A stretch of 64,000 nucleotides of DNA from Bdellovibrionota bacterium (GCA_041739995.1 JBGSMV010000024.1:1-64000), one strand, 5' to 3'; positions 48,032-58,004 are shown, counted from the stretch's first letter. Translations and numbers: made by a program. Notes: generated from the sequence alone by a model not told the origin.

Positions 48032-49540
48032 TCACTCACAGTTAACTGAGGAGAGCTCGTCGCGTCGTGACTGGAAGTATTCTTGCTTTACCCACACTGA
48101 AACACGCGCCCTCTGAGGACCGCTTTCATGCACCAAGCACCAATGATTCTCTGCCAAAAGCACTGTCCCTAAGGGGCTATCATCTCTCCATAGAATAGTA
48201 CCGGGGTTTACGGCGTCAATGTATTCGCGCCAATTCCGCTTTGCTCGCGCGGCAGCAAGGTATTTCTTCCAGTAGTCCTTAGCTATCAGGTTCGTACGCC
48301 CATCAATCGCAACTCGCTCAAGCGGCTCACCGTGCTCGTCACTGAAGCGATAAATAAGGTACCCCCCATGTCCAAACACATTTGCTATCGGTCGGGGGAG
48401 ATCCTGCTCCTGTATAAAATCTACCGCCTGTTTCGGCACTACTTCGAGCGCTACCGGGCTGCTCCAAACCTTGTATACACTCACAATTGAAAGACACAGG
48501 AAGACAAACGCAAGCCCTTCTTTCGGAATTTGGTCCGAACCACTTCGCAAACGACGCAGTCCTTCGATCACATTTTTTAATCCCACTGCATCGCCGACGC
48601 CCTCTCGTTCTACCTCACGCAACGCCCGCGCGAGCATGGCGACAGTGAGAATGAGAGCGAACGGTAGAAACTTAACTACGGCAAGCCCCGCGAGCACAAA
48701 GCTCACCCAGATGAGTAGTCGCGCCACCGAGTCCAACCTTCCTCGACCACTGATCAGAAAAATCAGTGCCATTGCAGCGAGCATTAAAAACGCCGTTGGA
48801 AACTGCATGATCGTCGCAGGTTGAAACTCAGCGATCACGTTGAACGCGGCGGGATGCGACGTTTTAGAGAGAAAGGTGATCCACTCTCCTCCAAAATAAG
48901 GAGTGATCAACGTGCCCAGAAATGTCAGGGCTGCAACCTCCGCAGAGCGTCGAATCGCTGGTTGAAGCGGAGCGCCTCCTTTGCCAAAACTCCACGCGGT
49001 TGCTGCAACAATCCCCAAGAGAGCAGTGAGGTGAGTGTTTGCCCAAAGCGCCATCAAGCCAACTAGAGCGAAGCGCCTTGAGCGATTCATGCCATGCCTT
49101 TCAACTTGATCGGAAACGAGCAAGAGAAGCGCAAACCAAATCCACACGAGGGACTGAGGACGAAGCGTGAAATGATTGTAACATCCGGCGGTGACGAAGA
49201 TGCCAAGCAGTAATCCGAGAAACCAATCTTTCGCGAGCCGCGAATAGGTCACTGAAAAGCTAGCGGCAAGCGCTACAGAGAGCACCAGTTTCAACGCGAG
49301 CAAACCGTGATCACCCCACCACCGATCGGCTAACGCGAATACGATTTCGCAGCTCCACGAATACGCTCTCCACAGCTGCCCATGCGAGAACATGCCCCAG
49401 ACGTCCTCATGAGGCACTCCACCGTGGGCCAATATCCAGCGCCCTGCCGCGATATGCCACCAAAGGTCAGGATCCTGAATCGGGCCGGCAATGTAGAGCC
49501 CCACTGCCAGCACCACACAGACCCATACGATCATCTTCAT
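48032..49540 (-). CDS. Polytopic membrane protein, GT-C-like glycosyltransferase
   Basis: DPDLWWHIAAGRWI, LRPQ, LWANTH, TPY, AEFQP, GGYL, IDGR. Confidence 0.7.
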   Translation of the reverse strand: MKMIVWVCVVLAVGLYIAGPIQDPDLWWHIAAGRWILAHGGVPHEDVWGMFSHGQLWRAYSWSCEIVFALADRWWGDHGLLALKLVLSVALAASFSVTYSRLAKDWFLGLLLGIFVTAGCYNHFTLRPQSLVWIWFALLLLVSDQVERHGMNRSRRFALVGLMALWANTHLTALLGIVAATAWSFGKGGAPLQPAIRRSAEVAALTFLGTLITPYFGGEWITFLSKTSHPAAFNVIAEFQPATIMQFPTAFLMLAAMALIFLISGRGRLDSVARLLIWVSFVLAGLAVVKFLPFALILTVAMLARALREVEREGVGDAVGLKNVIEGLRRLRSGSDQIPKEGLAFVFLCLSIVSVYKVWSSPVALEVVPKQAVDFIQEQDLPRPIANVFGHGGYLIYRFSDEHGEPLERVAIDGRTNLIAKDYWKKYLAAARAKRNWREYIDAVNPGTILWRDDSPLGTVLLAENHWCLVHESGPQRARVSVWVKQEYFQSRRDELSSVNCE

Positions 49541-49562
49541 TGTTATCGAGTCTCCCTACTCT

Positions 49563-49743
49563 CTAGCAGGCTGGTGAAAAAATGCCCTCCTTGGCATTTT
49601 TTCACTCGCTCCAAGCTCCTTTCGCGCGACAAGCGGCGCGAAGTCCGCGTCGCTTCGCGTACTTACGCGTTGCTCCAGTCCGCGGTCGGACATCCTGTCC
49701 TCCCTAACAAGGTCGTGCATAGAGTTTTTCACAACCTTGTTAG
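49563..49743 (+). repeat. MITE family C, copy 2
   Basis: CTAGCAGGCTGGTGAAAAA...TTTTTCACAACCTTGTTAG; near-identical to the reverse complement of 6014-6193. Confidence 0.85.
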
Positions 49744-49803
49744 AGACTACGTCCTGGACAGAGATCGTGAAAACATGGTTTCTTTGAGAGGATATTTAGT
49801 CCC

Positions 49804-50877
49804 ATGAGTTGCATGACGATAATCCACAGGGCAAAATGGCCGATAGTTATGTTTCAACATTCTAAACAGTTAGGTGCGGCATTACGTGCTTCTTGGCCTC
49901 CGAGAGAGCTTTCAGCCGTCAGAACGTCCTTACGAGCGTCTCTCCGTGCGGGAGTCCTCCTTGTCGCCGTACTATGTATAGCCAGCGGTGTGATTTTCCC
50001 CTCCTTGAGCGAAGCCTGTCCAAAAATTAGACGCCTGATTGATTTTAACTGTGACCGAGAGCTCAAAATCGTGGTCGTAGGCGATAGCATTGTCTACGGG
50101 AAGGGAGACCTCGACAATGGCAATCGCGGCGGCTGGGTAAAGCGCCTAGGCCCCCTTCTTAGAATCTCATCCGTCCAGAACCTCGGCATCCCTGGAATTA
50201 CCACTTCTCGTCTTTATTCACGTTTGGCTCGAAAGCTCGGCAAGGAGAATGATCCTCTTCGAGCACGCGCCCTGAACGCCGATATCGTCATCGTTGCGGT
50301 CGGTACAAATGACTTTTATGACCATGGCGACCCGAGTCTCGCCGCTCGTAATATTAAGCGCATCGTCGCCCTGTTGCGTAAGCGTCTTGGACGGGGAGAT
50401 TTGGTAACGCCCTACGTCATGATTGCGAAACTCACTCCTACCACAAGATCTTTCCAACGCTCGTTCGTAGAGAATGTTAACCGCATACTGGCTCGATACC
50501 GCTCAGAAGCACTGCCCTCCTATCTGCGCTTTGACTTGATGTCAGAGAATTTTGTTTCAGTCGATGGGGTCCATCCCATCTCGTCCGGGTATGATGAGAT
50601 CTCCCAAATCGCCTTCTCCTACATAAAGGACGAAGCGACGAAGGATATGAAATCACGGCGCGCAGATAAGGACCGTGACGGAGTGTTCGACATGTTCGAG
50701 CGTGGGCAGTTTCTAAGCGATCCTGCAGTGAAAGACACTGATGCCGATGGCCTGAGTGACGGTAGAGAGATTTTTCGATATCGCACCGATCCGCTGAATC
50801 CAGATTCAGACATGGATGGCCGATCCGATGGTGAGGAAATAGCAGCTGGCACAGATCCACTCGATCCGACCTCTTAG
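49804..50877 (+). CDS. SGNH/GDSL hydrolase with C-terminal DxDxDG calcium-binding repeats (start uncertain)
   Basis: GDSI, NLGIPG, GTND and DGVHP blocks; DKDRDG, DTDADGLSDG and DSDMDGRSDG repeats. Confidence 0.85.
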   Translation: MSCMTIIHRAKWPIVMFQHSKQLGAALRASWPPRELSAVRTSLRASLRAGVLLVAVLCIASGVIFPSLSEACPKIRRLIDFNCDRELKIVVVGDSIVYGKGDLDNGNRGGWVKRLGPLLRISSVQNLGIPGITTSRLYSRLARKLGKENDPLRARALNADIVIVAVGTNDFYDHGDPSLAARNIKRIVALLRKRLGRGDLVTPYVMIAKLTPTTRSFQRSFVENVNRILARYRSEALPSYLRFDLMSENFVSVDGVHPISSGYDEISQIAFSYIKDEATKDMKSRRADKDRDGVFDMFERGQFLSDPAVKDTDADGLSDGREIFRYRTDPLNPDSDMDGRSDGEEIAAGTDPLDPTS

Positions 50878-50889
50878 CCAAAGCCAATC

Positions 50890-51008
50890 CTGTGTGCTGG
50901 GTCAAAAGTTCCTTTAAGTTTTTTTCTCGCTGAACTCATTGTGTAATTCATTAAATATATTCACAAAGAGAGCCTCGAGCTCGGCGAGTGTTCTTCATCG
51001 AACTCTTA
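50890..51008 (+). repeat. MITE family A, copy 4 (right end truncated by family B)
   Basis: Shares CTCGCTGAACTCATTGTGTAATTCATT...TTCACAAAGAGAG...TTCATCGAACTCTTA with copy 3. Confidence 0.82.
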
Positions 51009-51126
51009 GTGGTCTTTGTGTGCTTAGTGGTGCAAACAAACTCTAGAAATTGGGCTAAATTTGATTAAACCACAAAAGCCACTAGGCTCACGAAGATAGA
51101 AGCACGGGGTTTCAGAGGTTTCCTAG
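51004..51126 (+). repeat. Repeat family B, copy 2
   Basis: Near-copy of 24253-24376; the terminal CTAG overlaps the purC stop codon. Confidence 0.85.
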
Positions 51127-52085
51127 TTCGCCGTGCTCGCTACCCAGCGGCGCAACGCCGCTTCTACCGCAGAAGTGACCTCGCCCTTGTTCCATACGAA
51201 CGCTTGCCCAGTCACCAGCTCATAGGCATCAATGTAGTGCCTCGATATTTCTACGCGCTTTTCCGCACTAAATTCAGGGATCTTTCCATCGCCCTTGAAC
51301 CCTTGAGCAAGCAACCATTGGCGCACGGGCTCCTTATCAAGCATTTCTGGTAACTCACCGCGCTCGAAGCGCTCAGCGTAAGAGGAAGCCTTCCAAAAAC
51401 GAGAAGAATCGAGAGTGTGTATTTCATCGACCAGAAGTAATTCTCCGTCCACAATTCCAAACTCATATTTGGTGTCTACAAGAATGAGCCCTCTACGTGC
51501 CACCTCTTCTCTTCCAAATGCAAATAACTTAAGTGCAGTCTCCCGCATCTGCTCCCATAAAGCCGGCGCAACTATTCCACGCGAGAGCACTTCTGCCTCA
51601 GAAATTGGTTCGTCGTGTGTGCCTCGTTCAGCCTTGGTCGACGGCGTAACTATCGGGGTTTGTAGTCGCTCAGACACCCGCATGCCTTTGGGTAATACGA
51701 CGCCACTGACTGGCTTCCCTTCGACATAGTCGCGCCAGGCGCTGCCCGCCAAGTACTCGCGCACCACCACTTCGATTGGTAATACTTGCGCCTCACGCCC
51801 GATCAAAACATTCGGATGCGGGGACTCGAGCACATGATTAGGAGCGATCTGCACTACCTTCTCAAACCAAAAGCGCGCCAAATCGTTCAGCACCTGCCCC
51901 TTAAAGGGAACCGTAGTGACCACTCGATCGAAACAACTTAATCGATCTGTGGTAACAAGAACTCTCCGCTTTCCAACCACATAATTATCACGAACCTTTC
52001 CTTCGTAGCGCTCCCCGAGGAAGTCAAAGTTAGTGCCTGAAAGCACAAACGGAAGTTGTGTAAGAATCTCTTGATCTGAAATCAT
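51123..52085 (-). CDS. purC: SAICAR synthetase
   Basis: GKVRDNY, TDRLSCFD, KGQVLN, PIEVVVR, TPSTKA, LVDTKYEFG, DEIHTLDSSRFW, LDKE. Confidence 0.96.
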   Translation of the reverse strand: MISDQEILTQLPFVLSGTNFDFLGERYEGKVRDNYVVGKRRVLVTTDRLSCFDRVVTTVPFKGQVLNDLARFWFEKVVQIAPNHVLESPHPNVLIGREAQVLPIEVVVREYLAGSAWRDYVEGKPVSGVVLPKGMRVSERLQTPIVTPSTKAERGTHDEPISEAEVLSRGIVAPALWEQMRETALKLFAFGREEVARRGLILVDTKYEFGIVDGELLLVDEIHTLDSSRFWKASSYAERFERGELPEMLDKEPVRQWLLAQGFKGDGKIPEFSAEKRVEISRHYIDAYELVTGQAFVWNKGEVTSAVEAALRRWVASTAN

Positions 52086-52117
52086 GTCCGCTACTTCACC
52101 TCACCTGAATGAACCGT

Positions 52118-53401
52118 TTACTGTACAAGCTTCGCTTCGGCGCTCAATTTGCGCGTCCCTTTTCGCTTCAATCTCTTACCCTTGCCGACCTTCCCCGATC
52201 CCTGTGCCAGCCCCCGAGCCTTCCTCTTCTTGTTCCCCAGTCGTGCCTTTTTCAGACTTCCTCGCCCCCCGAGAGAACCAGCCAAGACCATACGCAAGTT
52301 CGCTCTCGCAATCTTGCCGGCCCTGTAAGTTACCCCGTATAGGTTACGCTCTTTTATAGTGAACGCCGCGGCCTTGAAGCCTCTTTTCACCATGCGTCGC
52401 AGTCCCTTACTTCGACTCACGACCGACTGAATCGACTGCGCAATTGCACGATTGTTGAGTGCCGCGGCGAGCAATTCCGGATTATCACCGGCCCTCAGAA
52501 ACTTCCGCGCTCGAGTATAGGCTTCAATAGCACAGCGGAGTTCTCCCATTTCAACTCCACCATCTCTCAGAGCTTCAAAGAGATGAAGGTTGCCGAGCAG
52601 CCACCAGGGGTAGGCACGATGCGCAAAGGAATTCCAATGAGATTCCTGATGGGCCACATAAGACAACTCATCAAAAGCCCACTGCCGTGACTTACGGGTG
52701 CCCGGACCATACTTATAAGTGAGCGTCGCTCCGACTAGCCGCGCGATAAACTCCGCAGTTGCCTGCTGAGGCTCCAACGTGAGCCCCACCACCGGTGCCG
52801 ACTCAACTAGTCTCAACTTCAATGAAGAAATCCATGCGGCAGCACTCTTCGGTATCGGGAGTGCGGTCCTCTCCGGGTGAAAAGAAACGGTAATCCAACG
52901 CAAAGATCCCCATACCAACACCGGGAGATGTTCTGAACGTGCAAGAAACTTCTGCGCTTCGGCATGCGAAGTAAAGGTTTCATGGGAGCGCTGAACGGCA
53001 AAAGCTCTCGGGGGCGTTACGCGTCGCAGCTGCGTGGCGATCAGCTGTCGAAATTGCCTTGAACCTGCTTCAAAGTTGTCACCCTTAAGATAGCTCACCA
53101 CGAACGACAGAGGCGCATCACGAAGATACAGATATGAATACCCAATCGCGAGGACTCCGGCGATCATGCCGGGGATAATCACTGCTCGAGGAATGCGTTT
53201 CCCTAAGATGCGAAGTTTCCAAAATAGGAAGACCACCAGTGGAAACGCAAGCAGTTGAATTTCAGAAAGGTGAATTCCTGAGAAACCCTCAGGTCCGCTC
53301 AGTGCCAGCCTAAGCGCCGCGACTGCAAGCGCCACCGCTGCCCATACAAGTGCAGTCCTGGCTCGAGCAGGAATTGAAAAAATGAGAAGTTCCTGGGTCA
53401 T
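52118..53401 (-). CDS. Hypothetical membrane protein with TPR-like helices and a basic tail
   Basis: Three N-terminal TM segments, AIEAY..A...A...NNRA TPR-like pattern, K/R-rich C-terminus. Confidence 0.55.
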   Translation of the reverse strand: MTQELLIFSIPARARTALVWAAVALAVAALRLALSGPEGFSGIHLSEIQLLAFPLVVFLFWKLRILGKRIPRAVIIPGMIAGVLAIGYSYLYLRDAPLSFVVSYLKGDNFEAGSRQFRQLIATQLRRVTPPRAFAVQRSHETFTSHAEAQKFLARSEHLPVLVWGSLRWITVSFHPERTALPIPKSAAAWISSLKLRLVESAPVVGLTLEPQQATAEFIARLVGATLTYKYGPGTRKSRQWAFDELSYVAHQESHWNSFAHRAYPWWLLGNLHLFEALRDGGVEMGELRCAIEAYTRARKFLRAGDNPELLAAALNNRAIAQSIQSVVSRSKGLRRMVKRGFKAAAFTIKERNLYGVTYRAGKIARANLRMVLAGSLGGRGSLKKARLGNKKRKARGLAQGSGKVGKGKRLKRKGTRKLSAEAKLVQ

Positions 53402-53471
53402 ATCGCGCGGGCGATACTATCGGAATTTGGGGAAGAACAAAATCAGGCCCGACAAATACAGACTTCGCCTC

Positions 53472-53924
53472 TTAGGCTACCCCCTGCTCCAGGAGCTCAA
53501 GCCTAGCCTCAAGAAAATCGGCAAGTCCGTACGCATACTCAGGATCGATAATATCCTGGAGCTCCTCAGCTGAAATGGTCACATAATGCACTCCCGCGGC
53601 AGAGAGTACCGGCGCCATATAGCGTCTTCTTACCAACTCACGCACATCAACTACTTCTCGAAAGTCCTCGAAAAACTCTATGACCAATCGCGGACTATCG
53701 TCCTCGTTCACCACGGTAAAAAGACAGCGACTTGCACGCGCCCATTTACTGGCACTCGTCTGGGAATCTCGCTCGATGGCATTAGATTGTTCTGAAGATA
53801 GCCTTGAGGGAAGGGCCCCACCGCACACCGCGTTCAGGCTCATGAAGGGCACCACACGATCCTCTCCGAAGAAGGAGACCAGCAGTCGAAATAATAGTGC
53901 CTCTTGAGCATCAAGCAGGGACAT
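53472..53924 (-). CDS. DUF2726-like protein (degenerate)
   Basis: LLDAQEALLFRLL...SLNAV...FTVVN...PRLVIEF...VLSAAGVHYVTI follows the DUF2726 layout. Confidence 0.5.
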   Translation of the reverse strand: MSLLDAQEALLFRLLVSFFGEDRVVPFMSLNAVCGGALPSRLSSEQSNAIERDSQTSASKWARASRCLFTVVNEDDSPRLVIEFFEDFREVVDVRELVRRRYMAPVLSAAGVHYVTISAEELQDIIDPEYAYGLADFLEARLELLEQGVA

Positions 53925-54214
53925 ACCGGTAATTCTCTCACAGAATAACAAAATGAAAAACGACGCTCTCGTCTCTCACCGAATACTCCTACTCTTAAGA
54001 TCAAGTTCGGACCAGAATCGCTTCGCTCTAAATCTGTGGAACATGCGTATTTTTTAGCTTGACAGTCACCGCGCTTCTGGGGCCGGCAGAAATTTTGCCC
54101 GAAGACGCGCTCTACGCACACGCCTCGAGAACTCGCTTTTCCCACGCCACTAGCTATGATAAATGGCTCGGGATATTATTAGCACTTAACGCCCTGTGCA
54201 CCCTACGAGCAATC

Positions 54215-54721
54215 ATGCCACTGCGAGAAATTCTGATCTATCCCGACCCCCTTCTGCGCGAGCAGTGCGCTCAGGTAACTGACTTTGGAAAGGATCTCGC
54301 CACCCTCATAAACGACATGTCGCTTACCATGTACGCAAGTTCAGGGATTGGGCTTGCCGCTAGTCAGATCGGAATCTTGCAAAGAGTAATAGTGGTCGAC
54401 GTATCCGAAGATCAAGCCCAACGGCTTGCACTGGTAAACCCGGAAATAATTGCACAAGAAGGCGCAGTCTCCTCCGAAGAGGGATGTTTAAGCATCCCTG
54501 AGTTTAGAGACACGATTAAGAGAAGTGAGAAGATCTTGGTTAAGGCACAAGATCCAAATGGCAAGTATCTTGAGTTCGAGGCAGACGAAATTCTTGCGAT
54601 TTGCATTCAACACGAGATCGACCATCTTAACGGAGTGCTTTTCGTAGATCATTTGAGCCGACTGAAGCGAGAATTCTTCGCTCGTTGGCTGAAGAAGCAA
54701 GGCCTCATCCCCTCAAAGTAG
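54215..54721 (+). CDS. def: Peptide deformylase
   Basis: YPDPLLR, GIGLAASQIG, EGCLS, QHEIDHLNG. Confidence 0.97.
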   Translation: MPLREILIYPDPLLREQCAQVTDFGKDLATLINDMSLTMYASSGIGLAASQIGILQRVIVVDVSEDQAQRLALVNPEIIAQEGAVSSEEGCLSIPEFRDTIKRSEKILVKAQDPNGKYLEFEADEILAICIQHEIDHLNGVLFVDHLSRLKREFFARWLKKQGLIPSK

Positions 54722-54728
54722 GCCCTAC

Positions 54729-55721
54729 ATGTCTTCTATTCGCCGCATACTTTTTTTTGGGACACCTACTTTTTCTGCAAAGTCATTGTCCACGCTGCTC
54801 GATCCAAAGATTTCAGAGATAAGCAGCTCCAAAGTGGTGGGCGTCGTCACTCAACCAGACAGACCCGCAGGTCGAGGACACAAGCTTCTTCCCTCTCCCG
54901 TGAAGGAACTCGCACTTTCACACAATCTCCCTGTGCTGCAGCCAAACTCACTTCGCAAAGAACTCTCTGCATTTAAGGAATTTGCACAGGCACTCGGACC
55001 CATAGATCTTGGGATTGTGGTCGCCTTCGGGCAGATCCTTCCTAAAGAAGTCTTGGAGCTTCCCCGACGGGGCTGCGTAAATGTTCACGCCTCCTTGCTT
55101 CCGCGCTGGCGTGGGGCTGCACCGATTCAACGTGCGATCATGTCGGCGGACCCTCAGTCAGGCGTTTGCTTGATGCAGATGGATGAGGGCCTCGATACCG
55201 GCGCCGTCTATGCTCAGGCTGAGCTTGATATCGACGCCAAAGATACTTTTTCTTCCCTACACGACCGTCTCGCTGACCTAGGCGCTTCCCTACTTGGAGA
55301 GCGCCTTGCAGGAATTCTTAGTGGCTCTCTGCCTGCGGTACCTCAGTCAGGTGACGGAGTTACCTATGCTAAGAAAGTGAGCTCCGCTGAGGCAGAACTC
55401 AAGTTTCAACTCCCCGCAGCTCAACTTAGTGCAACGATCCGCGGACTCTCTCCACATCCCGGGGCCTACTGCTTTTTAAAAGGTCAGCGTCTTAAGTTAC
55501 TGATGGCGCAGGAATCCCCGCATCGCGAGCCCGACAAGGCTACGCCTGGAACTATTCTTCGTGCGGACGCGAGCGGAATCGAGATACAGTGTGGTACTGG
55601 GTCGATTGTATGTAGCGAATTGCAGCTCGAGGGCAAAAAGCGTCTCTCTGCGACGGACTTTTTACGCGGCACCCAGATAACGGCCGGTGAACGTCTTGAA
55701 GATAGCCCGCCCCCTAGTTAA
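54729..55721 (+). CDS. fmt: Methionyl-tRNA formyltransferase
   Basis: FFGTPTF, TQPDRPAGRG, NVHASLLPRWRGAAPIQ, MDEGLDTG. Confidence 0.97.
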   Translation: MSSIRRILFFGTPTFSAKSLSTLLDPKISEISSSKVVGVVTQPDRPAGRGHKLLPSPVKELALSHNLPVLQPNSLRKELSAFKEFAQALGPIDLGIVVAFGQILPKEVLELPRRGCVNVHASLLPRWRGAAPIQRAIMSADPQSGVCLMQMDEGLDTGAVYAQAELDIDAKDTFSSLHDRLADLGASLLGERLAGILSGSLPAVPQSGDGVTYAKKVSSAEAELKFQLPAAQLSATIRGLSPHPGAYCFLKGQRLKLLMAQESPHREPDKATPGTILRADASGIEIQCGTGSIVCSELQLEGKKRLSATDFLRGTQITAGERLEDSPPPS

Positions 55722-55751
55722 GTGCAGCGTTTCCGAAGGAGCTGAACCCTG

Positions 55752-56420
55752 ATGTCGAGCGCAAATTCAAATCGTATTGTCGTTGCGCCGTCGATTTTGG
55801 CAGCCGATTTTGGCAATCTTTCCAACGAAATTCAGTCAGTCGTTCAAGCAGGTGCCGACTGGCTGCATATCGATGTGATGGACGGGAAATTCGTTCCTCC
55901 GATCACTTTTGGGACCAATATGGTGTCCCTCGCCAAAAGCATGTGCACTATCCCGCTCGACGTGCACCTCATGATTGTCGAACCTGAAAATCATATCGAA
56001 GCCTTCAAAAAAGCTGGTACCTCACGCCTGACTGTTCATCAGGAGACCTGCGCCGATCTGCATGGTGTGCTCACTGAGATTCAAGCCCAGTGCATGTTCG
56101 CCGGCGTTTCGGTTAAACCAGAAACACCGATTCAATCGATTTTTGATGTGCTTGAAGTTTGTAACCTTGTCCTCGTGATGACGGTAAATCCCGGATGGGG
56201 TGGGCAGCCCTTTATCGAGAGCTCATTGCAGAAAATTTCTAGTCTTCGAGCGGAGATCTCCCGGCGCAACCTCTCGACCTGGGTAGAAGTGGATGGGGGG
56301 ATTAATGCAAAAACTTCAGCCGCATGCCGAAAAGCAGGTGCGAATGCTCTGGTAGCTGGAACCTATGTCTTTGGATCCCCAGATAAGCAGGCGGCGATCC
56401 ATAGTTTACGTGGAGAATAG
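55752..56420 (+). CDS. rpe: Ribulose-phosphate 3-epimerase
   Basis: APSILAADF, HIDVMDGKFVP, DVHLM, MTVNPGWGGQ, EVDGGI. Confidence 0.97.
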   Translation: MSSANSNRIVVAPSILAADFGNLSNEIQSVVQAGADWLHIDVMDGKFVPPITFGTNMVSLAKSMCTIPLDVHLMIVEPENHIEAFKKAGTSRLTVHQETCADLHGVLTEIQAQCMFAGVSVKPETPIQSIFDVLEVCNLVLVMTVNPGWGGQPFIESSLQKISSLRAEISRRNLSTWVEVDGGINAKTSAACRKAGANALVAGTYVFGSPDKQAAIHSLRGE

Positions 56421-56618
56421 AAACGCTTGATATCAGGCCACGATTCTCAGTTTTCAAATCCTTAGTGGCTGCGGGACAACGGTTGAGATGAACAGTTTCG
56501 CGCCGCTCCAAAGCCTGGCCAATCAAGCCGGTTATAAGGAGCGAAAGCTGTTCGATCCGTTTGTTAGCCAGCCCGCAACAATTCTGTAAATTCCCCGAAT
56601 ATCACCTGGGGGAATATT

Positions 56619-57137
56619 ATGCCTACGAATCGCACATCACTGGAAAAGGAAATCGCGGAATTAATCTATCTGATTCGAGGAAAGCGAGTAATGCTAGATT
56701 CCGACCTTGCTGAGCTCTATGGTGTTGAAACCAAGCAGGTCAATCGGGCGGTAAAGCGAAACCCAGAACGCTTCCCTGAAGATTTCTACTTTCAATTGTC
56801 AGAACAGGAGGTTACAGACTTGAAGTGCCAATTTGGCACTTCAAGTTCTTGGGGTGGCCCAAGAAGAGCTAGGCCACACGCTTTCACCGAGCAGGGTGTG
56901 GCAATGCTTTCAAGTGTTCTTCAGAGTAAAGAGGCCGCTGTAGTAAACGTGCAGATCATGCGAACGTTTGTCGCCATGCGAGAAGCAATCTCGGTACACA
57001 AGGAACTAACTTTCAAGTTTGAGCAACTTGAACATCGATTGGGGAAACACGACGATGAAATTGCAGCGCTGTTTGAAGCCATCAAGCAGCTCATGCTGCC
57101 GGTCAGATCGCAAAAGAAGCAACGGATCGGATTCTGA
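56619..57137 (+). CDS. ORF6N (KilA-N-like) DNA-binding protein
   Basis: IRGKRVMLDSDLAELYGVETK..N.AVKRNPERFPEDFYFQL, AFTEQGVAMLSSVL, C-terminal RIGF. Confidence 0.92.
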   Translation: MPTNRTSLEKEIAELIYLIRGKRVMLDSDLAELYGVETKQVNRAVKRNPERFPEDFYFQLSEQEVTDLKCQFGTSSSWGGPRRARPHAFTEQGVAMLSSVLQSKEAAVVNVQIMRTFVAMREAISVHKELTFKFEQLEHRLGKHDDEIAALFEAIKQLMLPVRSQKKQRIGF

Positions 57138-57269
57138 CCGCCACTATAGCTTCGCTGGCTAACGGCAAAGCCTGTGCCGCGGTACTCCGTCGGTACGAGG
57201 CGTTTGTTCTCCCTGCATTCTACGCGCCCTCGTTTTGTAAGCAACTTTTGTCTTAGATTTCCGATTATC

Positions 57270-57720
57270 AATTGTAACGCGGAGTACGCGGTGGACGCGG
57301 AGGGGAAATGTTGTACGAAGAACTTACTGGGGAAACTATTGAAGCGGCCATGAAGGTTCATAGCGCCCTTGGAGCAGGCCTCTTCGAAGAGGTATACAAG
57401 GTATGCTTGCGCCATGAACTGACCAAGAGAGGAATTATGGTGCGCTCTGAGGTAGGAGTGCCGGTAATCTATGACGGCGTAAAACTTGATCTCGGCTACC
57501 GTATCGATTTACTCGTCGAAGATAAGGTAATTGTCGAACTAAAGTCTGCTGAGCGTATAGCTCCTGTTCACAAGGCTCAACTACTGACCTATCTGAAGCT
57601 TGCAGGGCTGCAAGTCGGACTGCTACTTAACTTCAACGTGCCACATCTTAAAGACGGGATTTTACGAGTCGCTAACACCATTCCCCACTCCGCGTCCACC
57701 GCGTACTCCGCGTTATAATT
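57270..57720. repeat. 33-bp inverted repeats flanking the GxxExxY gene
   Basis: AATTGTAACGCGGAGTACGCGGTGGACGCGGAG (57270-57302) matches the reverse complement of 57688-57720 with one mismatch. Confidence 0.92.
57308..57718 (+). CDS. GxxExxY protein (PD-(D/E)xK-like nuclease)
   Basis: VHSALGAGLFEEVY, YRIDLLVEDKVIVELKS, HKAQLLTYLK, GLLLNF. Confidence 0.94.
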   Translation: MLYEELTGETIEAAMKVHSALGAGLFEEVYKVCLRHELTKRGIMVRSEVGVPVIYDGVKLDLGYRIDLLVEDKVIVELKSAERIAPVHKAQLLTYLKLAGLQVGLLLNFNVPHLKDGILRVANTIPHSASTAYSAL

Positions 57721-58004
57721 CGTTCAATGTGACACAGCAGGGAGAACATATCTATTAGCGGGGCAGCTCGCCTCAGCCGTTCTACCGATACCCCGAATAT
57801 TATACCTAGTCGTCAAACCAAAACCTCTTGCGAACTTGCCAAGATAGCGATGGGCATTCCATGAGATCAAAGATCTATGGGGGACACAAAACTACCCCTC
57901 GCCGTTATCGATTCAAGCTATCGAATGGGATATGCGAAGAAGATAGATCAGTATGAGTCTTCTTTTAAAATAGGCTCACACGAAACAAAGGAATGCTTGC
58001 GCGC

